Positions 51,648-63,021 of a stretch of DNA of 64,000 nt are shown piece by piece. The translations under genes were made by a program, and so were the position numbers. The notes beneath the pieces were generated by a model, which saw only the letters and a program-made list of their open reading frames with translations, did not search any database and had not been told where the DNA came from. The stretch's first letter is position 1. Every line of letters starts with the position of its first letter. Source of the DNA: Albugo candida (Eukaryota); the NCBI GenBank assembly GCA_040437565.1, contig JBDOQK010000010.1, forward strand, positions 186,001-250,000, in the 5' to 3' direction.

Positions 51648-51745
51648 AGAGGGTTAGGGTTGAATATGCTTAACCCTAACTTTCTGTGTATACCTATAAG
51701 GGCTAGGTAGTGTATCCGGATTGGTATACACTACCAGGAAAGCCC
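51648..51745. other. Two adjacent hairpins, the first built from telomere-like TTAGGG/CCCTAA motifs
   Basis: AGAGGGTTAGGGTTGA pairs with TTAACCCTAACTTTCT (16 bp including G-U pairs). GGGCT-A-GGTAGTGTAT pairs with ATACACTACC-AGGAA-AGCCC. Confidence 0.7.
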
Positions 51746-51967
51746 GGAATCGATGACAAAGGCTCCTTTTTCTTCCGCATTTTGAGAAGGATGTACCTAC
51801 CTTCATGGACTGCAAAACACACGACGCACAAGCATTCTATCTTTTAAATCGTATGATTGCAAGAACACAGTGAAAAACAAAGCGAATACAATAAAAATCA
51901 CAACATTTATTACTCGCGATATTCTATACAAACGCTTCAACAGAAACGATTCGAATCTCAAGTTTTC

Positions 51968-54900
51968 TCACAAATTGACATATTGCTCCTCTGAAAGAAA
52001 TGTAAAATCAGCGTCGCATTGCACCGACAATACGAATTGCCCACACTTTCCCGCAGCATACGTCGCAGGCAGTATCACATAAGGATCCGTTATTGTGGCT
52101 GTAAGCGTCAGCGACGGCGGAGACGTCACGCTGTAAAGTGGGAGGAAATCAGTCTCACTCCACGGTCTTCCATCGACGTGAATCATAAACGGAATCTTTG
52201 GGCCTTTTTTCGGTAGCGGTACTGTATCCCCAATTCGATGCATTCGATGTGCCGATGGAAACACATAGAATCCAATCATACTCCCTACTGCGTCCTGTTT
52301 GCATTTTCGACTCCATTCCAACTCGGATCGCGTCAATGTGATCCGAACGCTTGCGGGTCGTACGCTTTTGATAATGAGAAAGAATTTCGGATTGTTTTGC
52401 CATTCGTCGGCGTGTAAATGACATCCTTTTGCGTTGTTTTCATTCCATTTCCCCACACAATTTCGATACGAATACTGAGGCAATAAATGGCATTGAATGG
52501 GAACCGTAGAATCGACTTGGAGTTCAAACGTTCCTTCGATTTCAGATTCTCCGGTGGAAGGCACAATCAAAAGCCCCGCAAGTGAACGATTCGATTTGGA
52601 GGACTTGATCTCTGTGTCTTCATTTTGCAGCAAAAGCCAATCGATTGGGATTTTCTTCAAAAAAAGACAGCCCCAAATAGAATTGTTATAACGGGAAACG
52701 CGACACCATTCTTCCGGCTTGACAATGAGTTTTGGAGACGGGAAATGAGACGGAATTGGATCCTTTGGGAATTCTGTCTGTTCGATTGCGTCAGCAGAGA
52801 CGATCTCACATTGAGAATACGTCTTCTTCATCGATTTCGACGTACCATTTCTCAGCACTCCCTTCCGCAAAATGTGCGATTTCTTCGTTGGTGATCGCAT
52901 TCTTTCGCGTTGAAATGTGTGTGTTTTCTGTCGATATTTCTTTTTGTAATGCACAAGCGCAGGTGTACCAGCAACAGCAGTCTCCTTCTTCATCAAAAGC
53001 CCTGCAGCTTCATCAGCGCTGCATTCACATCCATCGCCAGCGTTTGTAGACACTCGTACTGCAGTGATACCGATCAAATGACTCTTCTCACTCGTTCTTC
53101 TCCCATCTTCCGTGTGTGAATTCGCTTTGCTCTCAACGGTGACACGTGTTCGATGCGTTGTATTGGCACTCATTCGATGATGCGATGTTTTCCAAAGCAC
53201 AATTTTCAGCGTCACGTGCGTCACTTTCAACTGCTTATCATCCAAAGAGGCTTTGTCAATGTACACCCAAAACTGAGGATTCTTACACCACGACAGATTC
53301 TCTCCACTGCACGCAGGCGATGAGATCAAAGACTGGTCACGTGGATGTCTTAGCGTGATCAAATTACGACACAATGGACCTCCAGCAGTCGTATCACTCC
53401 ATTCATCCGCTTGTGCTGCTTCCCGATCGTATCGCCATCGGCCGTGTTGTATTCGCGTAAGCATTGGCGGAACGCGTTCGACTCGCAAAGGCTTTGGTGA
53501 GAAAATCCGTAAGAAGAATGCAAGTTCCATTTTCGGTGTGTCGGTGTACGCGATCAAATGGTACACAGTGTTTGCCTCCAACGTAATGTCTTCTCGAAGT
53601 ATTTCTCGATCGGGAAATTGGCGTGTGGTTCCATGAATTCCGATATTCAAAGCAGATCCAAGCGGTGGAGCGCCTAAGAGAACATCGATACTGTCGTTCG
53701 TATGAGCCTCGGCGACGATCGCACCACGAGGGAAATCGTAGCTGATGCTGCGTTGTGTGGGCTGTAGACGCTCGAGCACAAAATGAATCGCTACATTCTC
53801 TCCATTACACAGTCGAGAATCCTGTTGCAAAAGCGATATCACCACATTACTTGTTTTCTCGCAAGCTGTCAATCGAAACTGAGGATTCCGATGCCAACTC
53901 GGCTCCGATTCCGAAATCCAACGCCATTTACTTTTCTCAATGAAATGCTCTGTGGGTCGATATTTCTTCCCTTCCAATTGCGAGGTTCCCCGTCCGAGCG
54001 CAAGCGATTTCGAAGGTCCACCAGCAGCCGATATGCCTATCCATTGACTTGGAATCACATACGGATACACATTTTCATGTTCCGAGACGATATTCACACA
54101 GAAAAGCTCATTGAAAGTCTGCAGGAAATCCTCATATAACATCCAAAACAAACCGTCTTTCCCCGATTTCGATTTATGGATCTCACACTCGCTATCGTTT
54201 CTGAAATTCGCTTCCACGTGTGCATACTCATCCCATTTGATATCGTTAGGCCCCCAATCTCCTTTCCATCGACCTCGACCCCATACATTCTTCAGCTTTA
54301 CGAATCGCAATACATTGGACTCTTCCGAAAGTCCGATTTGTTTAGTGTAAAGCACAATGTACTGTCGATTGCGGAGGATTCCTGATGTCGTCTCTGTCGG
54401 CAAAGTCGTCGATTGAAGTGTTAGTTGCTTGCATTGCGTCGTGAGAATAGCCTTCTTCTTCACCAAACGCTCCATCTTTTTCCACAGTAAAGAACCATCG
54501 GGATCGATGGCACCAAATCGCTCGTCCTGAAGATCGATACGATACGCGGTTGCGCCTGTGCAGTCGACAAAGGCTTCGAGGATGCGGACGCTGGTAGGGA
54601 CTGCGTTACTGGAGTTTCCATTCGATTTGATGGTGTCAGACGCGTGGAGACTTTGATAGGATCCATGAAGCTTGGCGTAGGCTTTCTCCAAGAAAGGAAT
54701 AAACATCTCATTTCGATCAAGTGTGCTGCCGAAAAACACATGTCCCGAGTCTGTGCTTGAAGCTTTCATTTGGGCTGATGGGAGACTCTGATTGTACGCA
54801 AGTGTGGTGTCTGTAGTGACGTATATCCATTCGGCATTCTTATAGAAACGACACGTGAAAATCCCATACGTTTTGAAAGCCTCAAGCGATTCAGACGCAA

Positions 54901-55234
54901 ATACATTCTCAATGAGGTTGTCGGGATGCATTGCAATTGCAGCGAATACGCCAAGCAGCCAGCTGTCATTGATATCGCCAACACGAACGATCCCGCAGCC
55001 TGAAGAAGATGTAAAGTATTCGGGTGCATCGGTGAACGCTTGCGGTCTCAGCCATTCCACCGCCTCTGATTCCGTGTCCAAAGTCGGTTGCGATCGATTT
55101 TTCAACGGGACGATCGGATGTGTTGTCTGATTGAAATTTGGGTCTTCGTATAAATCGAATTGCGACTCGTTTTGTTGTTTCGATAGCACTCCAATGACAC
55201 ATTCTTCCAGCGAGTTGTCACTTGCAAAATCCAT
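51968..55234 (-). CDS. Calpain-like protein (CysPc plus repeated domain-III modules), probably catalytically inactive
   Basis: EWLRP, VGDINDSWLL, FLEKAYAKLHGSYQSL, KLKNVWG..WKGDW and GLFWM, followed by three WxxNPxF repeats (WHRNPQF, WCKNPQF, WQNNPKF). Confidence 0.9.
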   Translation of the reverse strand: MDFASDNSLEECVIGVLSKQQNESQFDLYEDPNFNQTTHPIVPLKNRSQPTLDTESEAVEWLRPQAFTDAPEYFTSSSGCGIVRVGDINDSWLLGVFAAIAMHPDNLIENVFASESLEAFKTYGIFTCRFYKNAEWIYVTTDTTLAYNQSLPSAQMKASSTDSGHVFFGSTLDRNEMFIPFLEKAYAKLHGSYQSLHASDTIKSNGNSSNAVPTSVRILEAFVDCTGATAYRIDLQDERFGAIDPDGSLLWKKMERLVKKKAILTTQCKQLTLQSTTLPTETTSGILRNRQYIVLYTKQIGLSEESNVLRFVKLKNVWGRGRWKGDWGPNDIKWDEYAHVEANFRNDSECEIHKSKSGKDGLFWMLYEDFLQTFNELFCVNIVSEHENVYPYVIPSQWIGISAAGGPSKSLALGRGTSQLEGKKYRPTEHFIEKSKWRWISESEPSWHRNPQFRLTACEKTSNVVISLLQQDSRLCNGENVAIHFVLERLQPTQRSISYDFPRGAIVAEAHTNDSIDVLLGAPPLGSALNIGIHGTTRQFPDREILREDITLEANTVYHLIAYTDTPKMELAFFLRIFSPKPLRVERVPPMLTRIQHGRWRYDREAAQADEWSDTTAGGPLCRNLITLRHPRDQSLISSPACSGENLSWCKNPQFWVYIDKASLDDKQLKVTHVTLKIVLWKTSHHRMSANTTHRTRVTVESKANSHTEDGRRTSEKSHLIGITAVRVSTNAGDGCECSADEAAGLLMKKETAVAGTPALVHYKKKYRQKTHTFQRERMRSPTKKSHILRKGVLRNGTSKSMKKTYSQCEIVSADAIEQTEFPKDPIPSHFPSPKLIVKPEEWCRVSRYNNSIWGCLFLKKIPIDWLLLQNEDTEIKSSKSNRSLAGLLIVPSTGESEIEGTFELQVDSTVPIQCHLLPQYSYRNCVGKWNENNAKGCHLHADEWQNNPKFFLIIKSVRPASVRITLTRSELEWSRKCKQDAVGSMIGFYVFPSAHRMHRIGDTVPLPKKGPKIPFMIHVDGRPWSETDFLPLYSVTSPPSLTLTATITDPYVILPATYAAGKCGQFVLSVQCDADFTFLSEEQYVNL

Positions 55235-55305
55235 TTGATAGAATCAATCGTTCAGACGCACCCGTTCGCGAGAGGAGTTTCGTTGTTGTCTCATAAACCA
55301 ACTGC

Positions 55306-57909
55306 TCAGAGCTTTGTCGCGAGAGTGAGATCAATGTAATTGAGTCGACATGCGCCGAATACGCGTTCTGGAAGCTCATCGTCGTCTTGTGCTTCCAATA
55401 CGAAACCCATATCAATAATCAGTTTCTTTGTGTATCCTGTGACCAATCCAACGACTCGATTCGCTACAGCGGACGATGCGATATCCACATCCAATTCCAA
55501 GTATAAGGGTAGCGATGGAGATGTTTGCGTCGAGCTGTTGCTTTGTGTGCTTTGAGACTGTAGCGATCGTTCTCCAACGTAAACACTTTGTCGTAATTTC
55601 TTCCCAATAATCGCCGGTGTGGTGCCTACAGCCTGACGCACAATAAAGGATCCTTCGGCGATGCAGGGAATCAGTTTAAATCGCTCGTTTCGAAACTCGT
55701 CACTGCCTTCGATGAACGATCGCATCAGATCAGCAAATGGTGATTTTCCAGGTGCCAAATCCTCCATAGACGGTGATTGATAGCACAGGATTAGCGATAA
55801 GCGTGGATTCCCAGGGACCATAAAGTTGATGAGAAATGTGAACGGCATTTCTGTTCCAGCTTGGTCGTGTCGTGCGATTTCCTGCTGTATCACACTGTCG
55901 GGATGAGCCGCGTAATGCTCTAATGCTTCATCGGATTCAAACAGATTCAGACCAACGAGATGGAAGGCTGGAGGCTCCGAAGGAATTTTTCGACGATCGA
56001 TGAGGTAGTCGGGACCACGAACGAGCATTGTGACTTGAGGTTCTTCCCACATTTCCCGTGGAATATTGGACGGAAATGGCGTCCGATGTGATATTTCATG
56101 GCGTTGTAAAGTTAATGAGTCGTCTCCATTCAGTTTGGGTGCATGTGAGAGCTCGGAGGATCGAGTTTGACGGATTGGAGGCTCATCGGTGGCTTGGAGT
56201 GTTTCCGAGAGATTCGGATGAACAAACTTTTGAGCTTCAATGGCTTCCTGGAGACCAGTAAGTGCTAATAATTGAGGTCGTACGTAGGCCANNNNNNNNN
56301 NNNNNNNNNNNNNNNNNNNNNNNNNNNNNNNNNNNNNNNNNNNNNNNNNNNNNNNNNNNNNNNNNNNNNNNNNNNNNNNNNNNNNNNNNNNAACGAGATG
56401 GAAGGCTGGAGGCTCCGAAGGAATTTTTCGACGATCGATGAGGTAGTCGGGACCACGAACGAGCATTGTGACTTGAGGTTCTTCCCACATTTCCCGTGGA
56501 ATATTGGACGGAAATGGCGTCCGATGTGATATTTCATGGCGTTGTAAAGTTAATGAGTCGTCTCCATTCAGTTTGGGTGCATGTGAGAGCTCGGAGGATC
56601 GAGTTTGACGGATTGGAGGCTCATCGGTGGCTTGGAGTGTTTCCGAGAGATTCGGATGAACAAACTTTTGAGCTTCAATGGCTTCCTGGAGACCAGTAAG
56701 TGCTAATAATTGAGGTCGTACGTAGGCCAGCATCGCATTACATCGACGTAATAGATTCCCTTCGATTCCTTGTGGGTCCAAATGGACCACAGCAGTAACT
56801 AAAGAGTATCGTTCTGCCTCGAAAGCCGTTCCATTTTCCATCAAAGAATTCATCTCTCCTTCAAAGTGTGCTGAGGAACGACGAGGGGCAATAATATACC
56901 CGGCATTCCTGCATTGTGCTCGAACAATTCCCGTCAGTGGAGGACATTCTGGATGGATCGCACTTTGCATACAAATGATAAATGTGCCATCTTCGAGTCT
57001 CCGCCAATATCGCAGCAAACAGACATCCCTGGACGATATCCAGAACGGCCAGACCCACGTTGGTCGATAGACAATGTGAATTATATCGGAATGCTGGTCG
57101 ATCGAATGTATGACTTGCGCGTATTCCACCGAGGCGTCCCATCTACAGAGAGATTCATTGCAATGGAACTGTTTTGAGACGAATAATAGCGTCTCTTACG
57201 TCGTCAAATTGGTCAAATTGAGCATATACGCAAGGACTTCAGTCGGTGTTCCATCAATGACCTTGACTGTCTTGAAAGCAGGGATTGATTTTTTCAGTCT
57301 TGGGCTCGAAAGGCTCCAAAAGGAGGCAGCAGCAGCGAGGAGAGAGAGTATCAATGCTCCAGCAATACCTCCTCCTCCAATTCCGCCTGCGAGAAACGCT
57401 ATCAACGCGACTGTGCTACTGGAAGAAAGCATTCCATTAAGTGGTTCGGAGCTCTCATTTGTATCGTCCTCTTCCTATCAGTTAAGAACTTGAGTTTCAA
57501 TGCATTTCAGTTAGAGATAACGAACCGATTGTTTGTAAATTTGAAGGCCTCCAAAGAGATCGATTACGCGCCATTTTGCTTTAAACATTGGAAGGGATTG
57601 TTCCATTTCCGATAGTAATGTGAGGAGATTGGAATTCGTTTCGAAATCGCTGTTGAAATCGCTTTTAGGCTCTGATTTTTGGAGAGGAGAGTGTTTGAGA
57701 GAATTTCGCATGACACGGTGACGCAGAGATGCGTTTGAATCGTCTATAAGTGTATTTTTTGGATTTTCTGACGCTGTGCGCTTTGGAGAGAGCGATACTG
57801 ACGCTGATATCGTGGAAGGTATGGTGGTGTTATTATTGGATTCGCTGGCTGTATAAGCGGACTTTGACGTCTTCAAGTGTATCCGGGGCGATGTGCTCGA
57901 GGAATTCAT
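55306..57909 (-). CDS. EDR2-like protein (START domain plus EDR2_C/DUF1336), at least 3 exons
   Basis: RDVCLLRYWRRLEDGTFII..HPECPP, VRGPDYLIDRRKIPS, FRNERFKLIP, YLELDVDIASS and IDMGFVLEAQDDDELPERVFGACR. The internal repeat in the ORF track is a gap overlap. Confidence 0.9.
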
Positions 57910-58159
57910 TCGTAAATGCTGTTTTTATGAGAAGAATGGAGTTTTTTGAGCGCTTGAAAATGATTAAAAATTGGGGTCGCTTTGCAGTGGAAATCGCATT
58001 CAGATCAAGTGCGGATAACGCGAGGTACCCGTTAACTGTTATTTGATGCTACTAATGTAAATAGTAGATTTAAAAGGTCTTTATTCGACATTGTTAATTA
58101 TGAGGCATCAACTAATAATCGTCGGGTCCCTTGGCACTTGCAAAAGGATGTCTAGCGGT

Positions 58160-59178
58160 CTATCCGTACGTCGGATGTGAGACGTGCTGACGCTGTTCCA
58201 TTATGTTGGCTTGTGGGTCGTTCTTGTCAATGGTTTGATAGTTGCGAGGATGCGGATTATACGGTTGTTGTGTTTTCAATGGCATTCGGATTTCCTTGTA
58301 GCCGTGTCGACGACCTCGACGAGTACATATCACGTAAAAAGACAGTAAGACCAGCGCGGTCTCAAACAACGCAATCCCCGAAACTGTCACAGCAAGAACC
58401 ATACTTTGATCGTTCACCCAGCGAACCAGGCGATTCTCGCAAGCACAAAGCATTGTGTGCTCATTCATTGGATCGTTTAATGTGAAATTCTGACCCACAC
58501 ATTTCATAAAGGTACTCTGTGACTGTAAATCGTGCGTATCCAGTCGACAATTCTTCTCCAGAAATACCGCAAACCATGCGAGTTGTTTATTTTCACATGT
58601 TGCGAGCATGTGATGTTTCTCCATGGATTGCGTCAAGTCTACTTGGACATCACATCGATTGTAAAGCGTACGAAATCGATGATTGATCCATCGGAGAATA
58701 GACCGATCGTTTGGCCGTAGACTATGCAGATCAAAGTCATGCGCTGTCACTTCAACTAAGGCACCATGAACGTGAGACATATAGCCTGCAAGTGCAATTT
58801 GCCCAATCACAGAGACCAGAACCTAATAGAGAGCGCTTAAAGCTGATAGATCAGAGAATTGCAAATATACACACAAACCAAAAGCGCGTATGGGAATAAA
58901 AATATCTTGCTATCTCGTTGAGCTCCACAACATCCGAAAAGCGCGATTAGAATTATCAAAAATCCACAGGTTGTGATCGCGCTGGAGATACCGCCATCCG
59001 TGAATGCATTTAAATTAGGATCAGAGACGATGTATCCTGTACGAAGCAATTAGAACAGCACGATACGATGAATACAGCGATACTGACCACCCAGAATCAC
59101 AAGAACGGCACCAAGACATAGGAATAACACATTTGTAAAGACGAGAATTTTGCGAGATAAACTCCTCCAACCACGCAT
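58160..59178 (-). CDS. Tetraspanin-family protein, 3 exons
   Basis: TM1 SRKILVFTNVLFLCLGAVLVILG, TM2/3 GFLIILIALFGCCGAQRDSKIFLFPY, a large Cys-rich loop, TM4 and a basic cytosolic tail. Confidence 0.85.
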
Positions 59179-59382
59179 TTTAATCGGTAGACAATAATAT
59201 TTACAGCAATGCTACATCAGAAATAAAATATTTAATCGAACGCATCGCATCGCACAATCAGAAGCAGCCGTTTACCACAAATCACTTCGAATTTCACACT
59301 AAACTTTGGATTAAAAACCACGCAATTCTTGGCGTATGCCGACAGCAATACTTAGCCTAAGTTCGATTTATATTGAAGTTTC

Positions 59383-61029
59383 TTATTTTTGCTTCTTTGT
59401 TCCCATTTTTGCGCGCAGTAAACGACGGTATCCCATCAATCCCGCGTATGCAATCAACATCAAAGCGACGAATAAAGTTATTGGTCGCTCCATCAAATAC
59501 CGACGCGTTTTCTTCCATCGTCGGAATAATTGTCGTACGAGTATCGACGGCGGATTGTACGGCTTCACCGGCGGTGTTCGCGTCGGAATGCATGTGTCAT
59601 ACTCAAGAATCTTTCCTTTGTCCATTTGCATCCCTCGATACCGAAGACAGATACGATTTTGTACAGAATCGTCCACAATGTCCAATATTCCATATTGCCC
59701 CGATCCAGGATGCACACCATGACTATATGGTCCGCCTTTGATGGAGCCTGGACGGCCCAATGCAGCCGCATGGAGCGTGACGAGATTTCCAGGACTATTA
59801 CTTCCGTCGTCAACTGCTAACATGTGTGCGTCACCGGAAACAATTACCAATGGAGTCTTCCATTTCATTTTCTCACTGTAATCACTTGTGATCCCATATG
59901 CTTTCAGATAATTCACAAGCTCTTGTTGTTCATGCTTGAAGTGGCCCCATTTCCGTTCATCATCGATCCAAGGCATTGTCGAACACCATATAATTTGTCG
60001 AATTGATTCGTCTGCATTTGCTCGTTCAAGCTCCTCCTTGAACCATTGCTTTTGTAATACTCCTAAAACAGTCTTGGAAGGCATGTCAGGCGCTTCATTT
60101 GGTGTTCTCATGGATCTCAAATCGGTCAGTATGAAACGAACTCGTCCAATGGTGAATGCTTGATAGATTGCAGGGAACGATTGTTCTGAATCGTGCTTCT
60201 TCTTTATCGCATCCTTCTCTTCGAGCCATTGTGGACGTTTCATCAATGCCTCTAGTGGATAATGAGGTACAAATTCTCTGTAAGCCTGCACAGAAGCATT
60301 CCTTCCCGGAGCGGTTCTATCGCTATTGTCCGGACCGAAATCATGATCGTCCCACATGTATGCTATCGGTACATCCATTTGTTGCATCGCTTTTCCTGCA
60401 GGTGACGTCAGGAATTTCGTAAATGCATTGCGAAACAAATCGACATCGTTTGCAGCGATATTCTGATAATGTAAATCGCCCATATGCAAGAAAAATAATG
60501 GAGATTCAGCTTGAATAGTGGAAAAGACTTTGGGATTGGAATGCTCATCGGCACAGGAAGAAAAGGCAAGTCTAAAGCTGAACGGGGTTCCCTCTTTAGG
60601 AGGAGTATTAAACGTTCCTTTCTTGGCGACAATCATCTCATTCCCTTCCGATTGTACGACCAGTTGGTATCGATAGGCGTGGTTCGCACTCGGTAAATCA
60701 GAGACGACGCATTCCATCAAATCGCGAAGCGGTTCTTTTGGCGTGGATGGATTCTCGTCGATAACTGGGGCATTGATACTTCCACCAGGATACACAAAGT
60801 CACACAATACCGAGAATGACTTTGCATTGCCTTGCGGAAAAAGAGATAACATTACAGTCGCATCCTGGCAAGCTACGCCTTTATTTAGTCCTAACTTGAA
60901 GGTGATTGAGCTGGAAGACATATGTCCCATCCAAACCCACGCAATTAGATCATTTCCACGGCATGTAGCGCTCACAAATCCGAAGAAAACAGCAGGTAAC
61001 AAGAGCGTTATAAAAGTTGGATCTCGCAT
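59383..61029 (-). CDS. PhoD-like alkaline phosphatase/phosphodiesterase with signal peptide and C-terminal TM anchor
   Basis: AFSSCA, LHMGDLHY, MWDDHDFG, LTDLRS and VSGDAH motifs. Likely start MRDPTFITLLLPAVFFGFVSA at 61029, and a hydrophobic segment near the C-terminus. Confidence 0.9.
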   Translation of the reverse strand: MRDPTFITLLLPAVFFGFVSATCRGNDLIAWVWMGHMSSSSITFKLGLNKGVACQDATVMLSLFPQGNAKSFSVLCDFVYPGGSINAPVIDENPSTPKEPLRDLMECVVSDLPSANHAYRYQLVVQSEGNEMIVAKKGTFNTPPKEGTPFSFRLAFSSCADEHSNPKVFSTIQAESPLFFLHMGDLHYQNIAANDVDLFRNAFTKFLTSPAGKAMQQMDVPIAYMWDDHDFGPDNSDRTAPGRNASVQAYREFVPHYPLEALMKRPQWLEEKDAIKKKHDSEQSFPAIYQAFTIGRVRFILTDLRSMRTPNEAPDMPSKTVLGVLQKQWFKEELERANADESIRQIIWCSTMPWIDDERKWGHFKHEQQELVNYLKAYGITSDYSEKMKWKTPLVIVSGDAHMLAVDDGSNSPGNLVTLHAAALGRPGSIKGGPYSHGVHPGSGQYGILDIVDDSVQNRICLRYRGMQMDKGKILEYDTCIPTRTPPVKPYNPPSILVRQLFRRWKKTRRYLMERPITLFVALMLIAYAGLMGYRRLLRAKMGTKKQK

Positions 61030-61218
61030 GCTTATGACAACTGGATATCTATTGGATGAAAATAGAATGCTATATATCCAATTAGGACAATGGTAAAGTA
61101 GAGTACACCACACCAAATTGGACGAGAGAATATCCTTGAATGGAATGCGACACAATTGATCGCGCGTCCGTTTCAAGAACCGTTGCGTACGGAGCTTATT
61201 ATCACAAATTCAGCATTG

Positions 61219-63021
61219 ATGCCTTCCTACCTCTCTCATTACCGTCAGAAACCTCAAACGTGTCGTAAAAGCGAATCAAACTCATCAATGAATTCGGATC
61301 AATGTCATGGAAACAAAAGCTCCTCAATATCAGCTGTCAAAGATGTCGTTAGAAGCTGTCTCACAGACGTCTTATGCTTTATTCTCTCGTTCACAAAACT
61401 TTCAGACTTGGAATCGCTCTCCCAACTGAACCGCGAAAGCCAGAGCCAATGTGAGGAAGAATGGCGAGTACGCTTCGAAAACCGATATTGTAGTTTAAAA
61501 GCAGCCACTCGCATGGATATGATCGCAATTTCTCAATTTCGAAAGTGTTTTCGGCTGAGACGGTATTTTGAGAGAAATTTCGTCGATCAAGTGTCAGCTC
61601 GGGTGTACCTTATGAACGCACAAGGAGATACGATTTTCTTTAATATTCCCACTGGACAGAAACTCATGTGCTCCAAGGAAAGAGCCCTTCTGTACACGCG
61701 TTGTGAGAGAATGTTTGACCTCTCGTTGCGTATCAATCGATCTATCCAGGAAATCTCGACACTCATTGGTATGATCTCTATGGAAGAAGCTCGAGGGATT
61801 CTGAATGAGCATATACATCTGATGGCTTCAGTTGCGAAATTGCGAACTGCACTGTTATTCGAAAGCGAATTGTTTCAAGTATTTCCAGCTCCTATTCTGC
61901 TGGATTCAAACGCGCTATTGAGGCATACATTTGTGTTCCAAAGCGACAATGAAGGTTTGGCGTTTTTGAGAACTTCGCTGGTTATGATGCAAGTTTGGGT
62001 ATCGATTGATGGTCTTATTTATCGTCCACTGTCTCCACCATCCACACTTGTGCACCCGGTATTGGAAAATCAAAAGACTTTTGGAGCATCAGGTACAATT
62101 AGTAAGATGGAAAGGCAAGCTCGAGAGGATCTCAACTTGCGAGACAATGACGTCAGCCTGGTACACGCGGATGCTTTGCCGGTTCAGCGATCGGTCCCTC
62201 CTTCTTATCGCTCTGTCAAATTACATGAGCTTTCTGGTATGACTGTCACGATCGATGACAACACGCTGCGATATCGCTTTGAAAAGCAATCCAAGCAATC
62301 ATCAGCCCAGCACTTTGACCAGAATGCAAAACTCGATACTGATAGAGCCTCAAGCAATGACAGCTACGATTTTTGCGTAAATGCACTGATCAGCAATACA
62401 TATTTGCTGTATTTGTTCAATCCGCTGAATTTTCGGCCGCTTGATTGGACATACCACGCAACGCTGGAAATTGGCGTCAATGAGAACTTGCAACACATTG
62501 TGCTACCGATACAACGTGAAGGCGTTCTTTTGAATTCGAGTTCGTTTGCTCTTCGGGTATTTCTTTCTTATGGAAAAGTGAGGGAATGCTGCCCAGAAAA
62601 TCGCACCGACGATCAGGATCAAGGCACTCCGGAGACTGTTACGGGTACACGGGGCGCTGAGAAAAGTGAACCTCTGGAGATATCGATCCATCGACATAAA
62701 GAGAATATCGAGTTTCGACTCGATGCAAGGAATAGAATCACTAAAGAATCCAAAAGCATCACAGCGTGTCGATCGACGTTTATCTTTAGCGATTCAGAGG
62801 TCTCTCAAACTGATCCGAATGAAGCAACTTTTGACGACACTCACCAGTCGGCAGAGAAAGAGCATGTGGTTGAACGACATCACCATCTTTCCTTTGATGC
62901 AATGGTCAGTTATTCCTTTTCAGAACCCAAACACTTGCTGCAATATGTCGAATTTGCGATTGGTTTTGAGTCATTATTACATTTGCTTGGAGTCACCGAT
63001 TTTCTCAAACCGTCGATGTAA
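61219..63021 (+). CDS. F-box-like protein
   Basis: Uninterrupted ~600-aa ORF from the first ATG. LTDVLCFILSFTKLSDLESLSQLNRE..EEEWRVRF resembles an F-box; the remainder is unrecognised. Confidence 0.7.
   Translation: MPSYLSHYRQKPQTCRKSESNSSMNSDQCHGNKSSSISAVKDVVRSCLTDVLCFILSFTKLSDLESLSQLNRESQSQCEEEWRVRFENRYCSLKAATRMDMIAISQFRKCFRLRRYFERNFVDQVSARVYLMNAQGDTIFFNIPTGQKLMCSKERALLYTRCERMFDLSLRINRSIQEISTLIGMISMEEARGILNEHIHLMASVAKLRTALLFESELFQVFPAPILLDSNALLRHTFVFQSDNEGLAFLRTSLVMMQVWVSIDGLIYRPLSPPSTLVHPVLENQKTFGASGTISKMERQAREDLNLRDNDVSLVHADALPVQRSVPPSYRSVKLHELSGMTVTIDDNTLRYRFEKQSKQSSAQHFDQNAKLDTDRASSNDSYDFCVNALISNTYLLYLFNPLNFRPLDWTYHATLEIGVNENLQHIVLPIQREGVLLNSSSFALRVFLSYGKVRECCPENRTDDQDQGTPETVTGTRGAEKSEPLEISIHRHKENIEFRLDARNRITKESKSITACRSTFIFSDSEVSQTDPNEATFDDTHQSAEKEHVVERHHHLSFDAMVSYSFSEPKHLLQYVEFAIGFESLLHLLGVTDFLKPSM

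Noticed and set aside
55954..56729. Internal ~110-aa repeat in the EDR2-like protein
   Set aside because: It is an identical overlap on both sides of the N gap at 56292-56391, so an assembly artefact.
59383..61029. PhoD as recent bacterial contamination or transfer
   Set aside because: It is embedded among spliced eukaryotic genes with similar composition. PhoD-like genes occur in eukaryotes and nothing in the sequence indicates recent transfer.
42655..62697. Numerous 60-170-aa ORFs antisense to or in alternative frames of the long genes
   Set aside because: These are shadow ORFs, mostly with non-ATG starts and no recognisable motifs.
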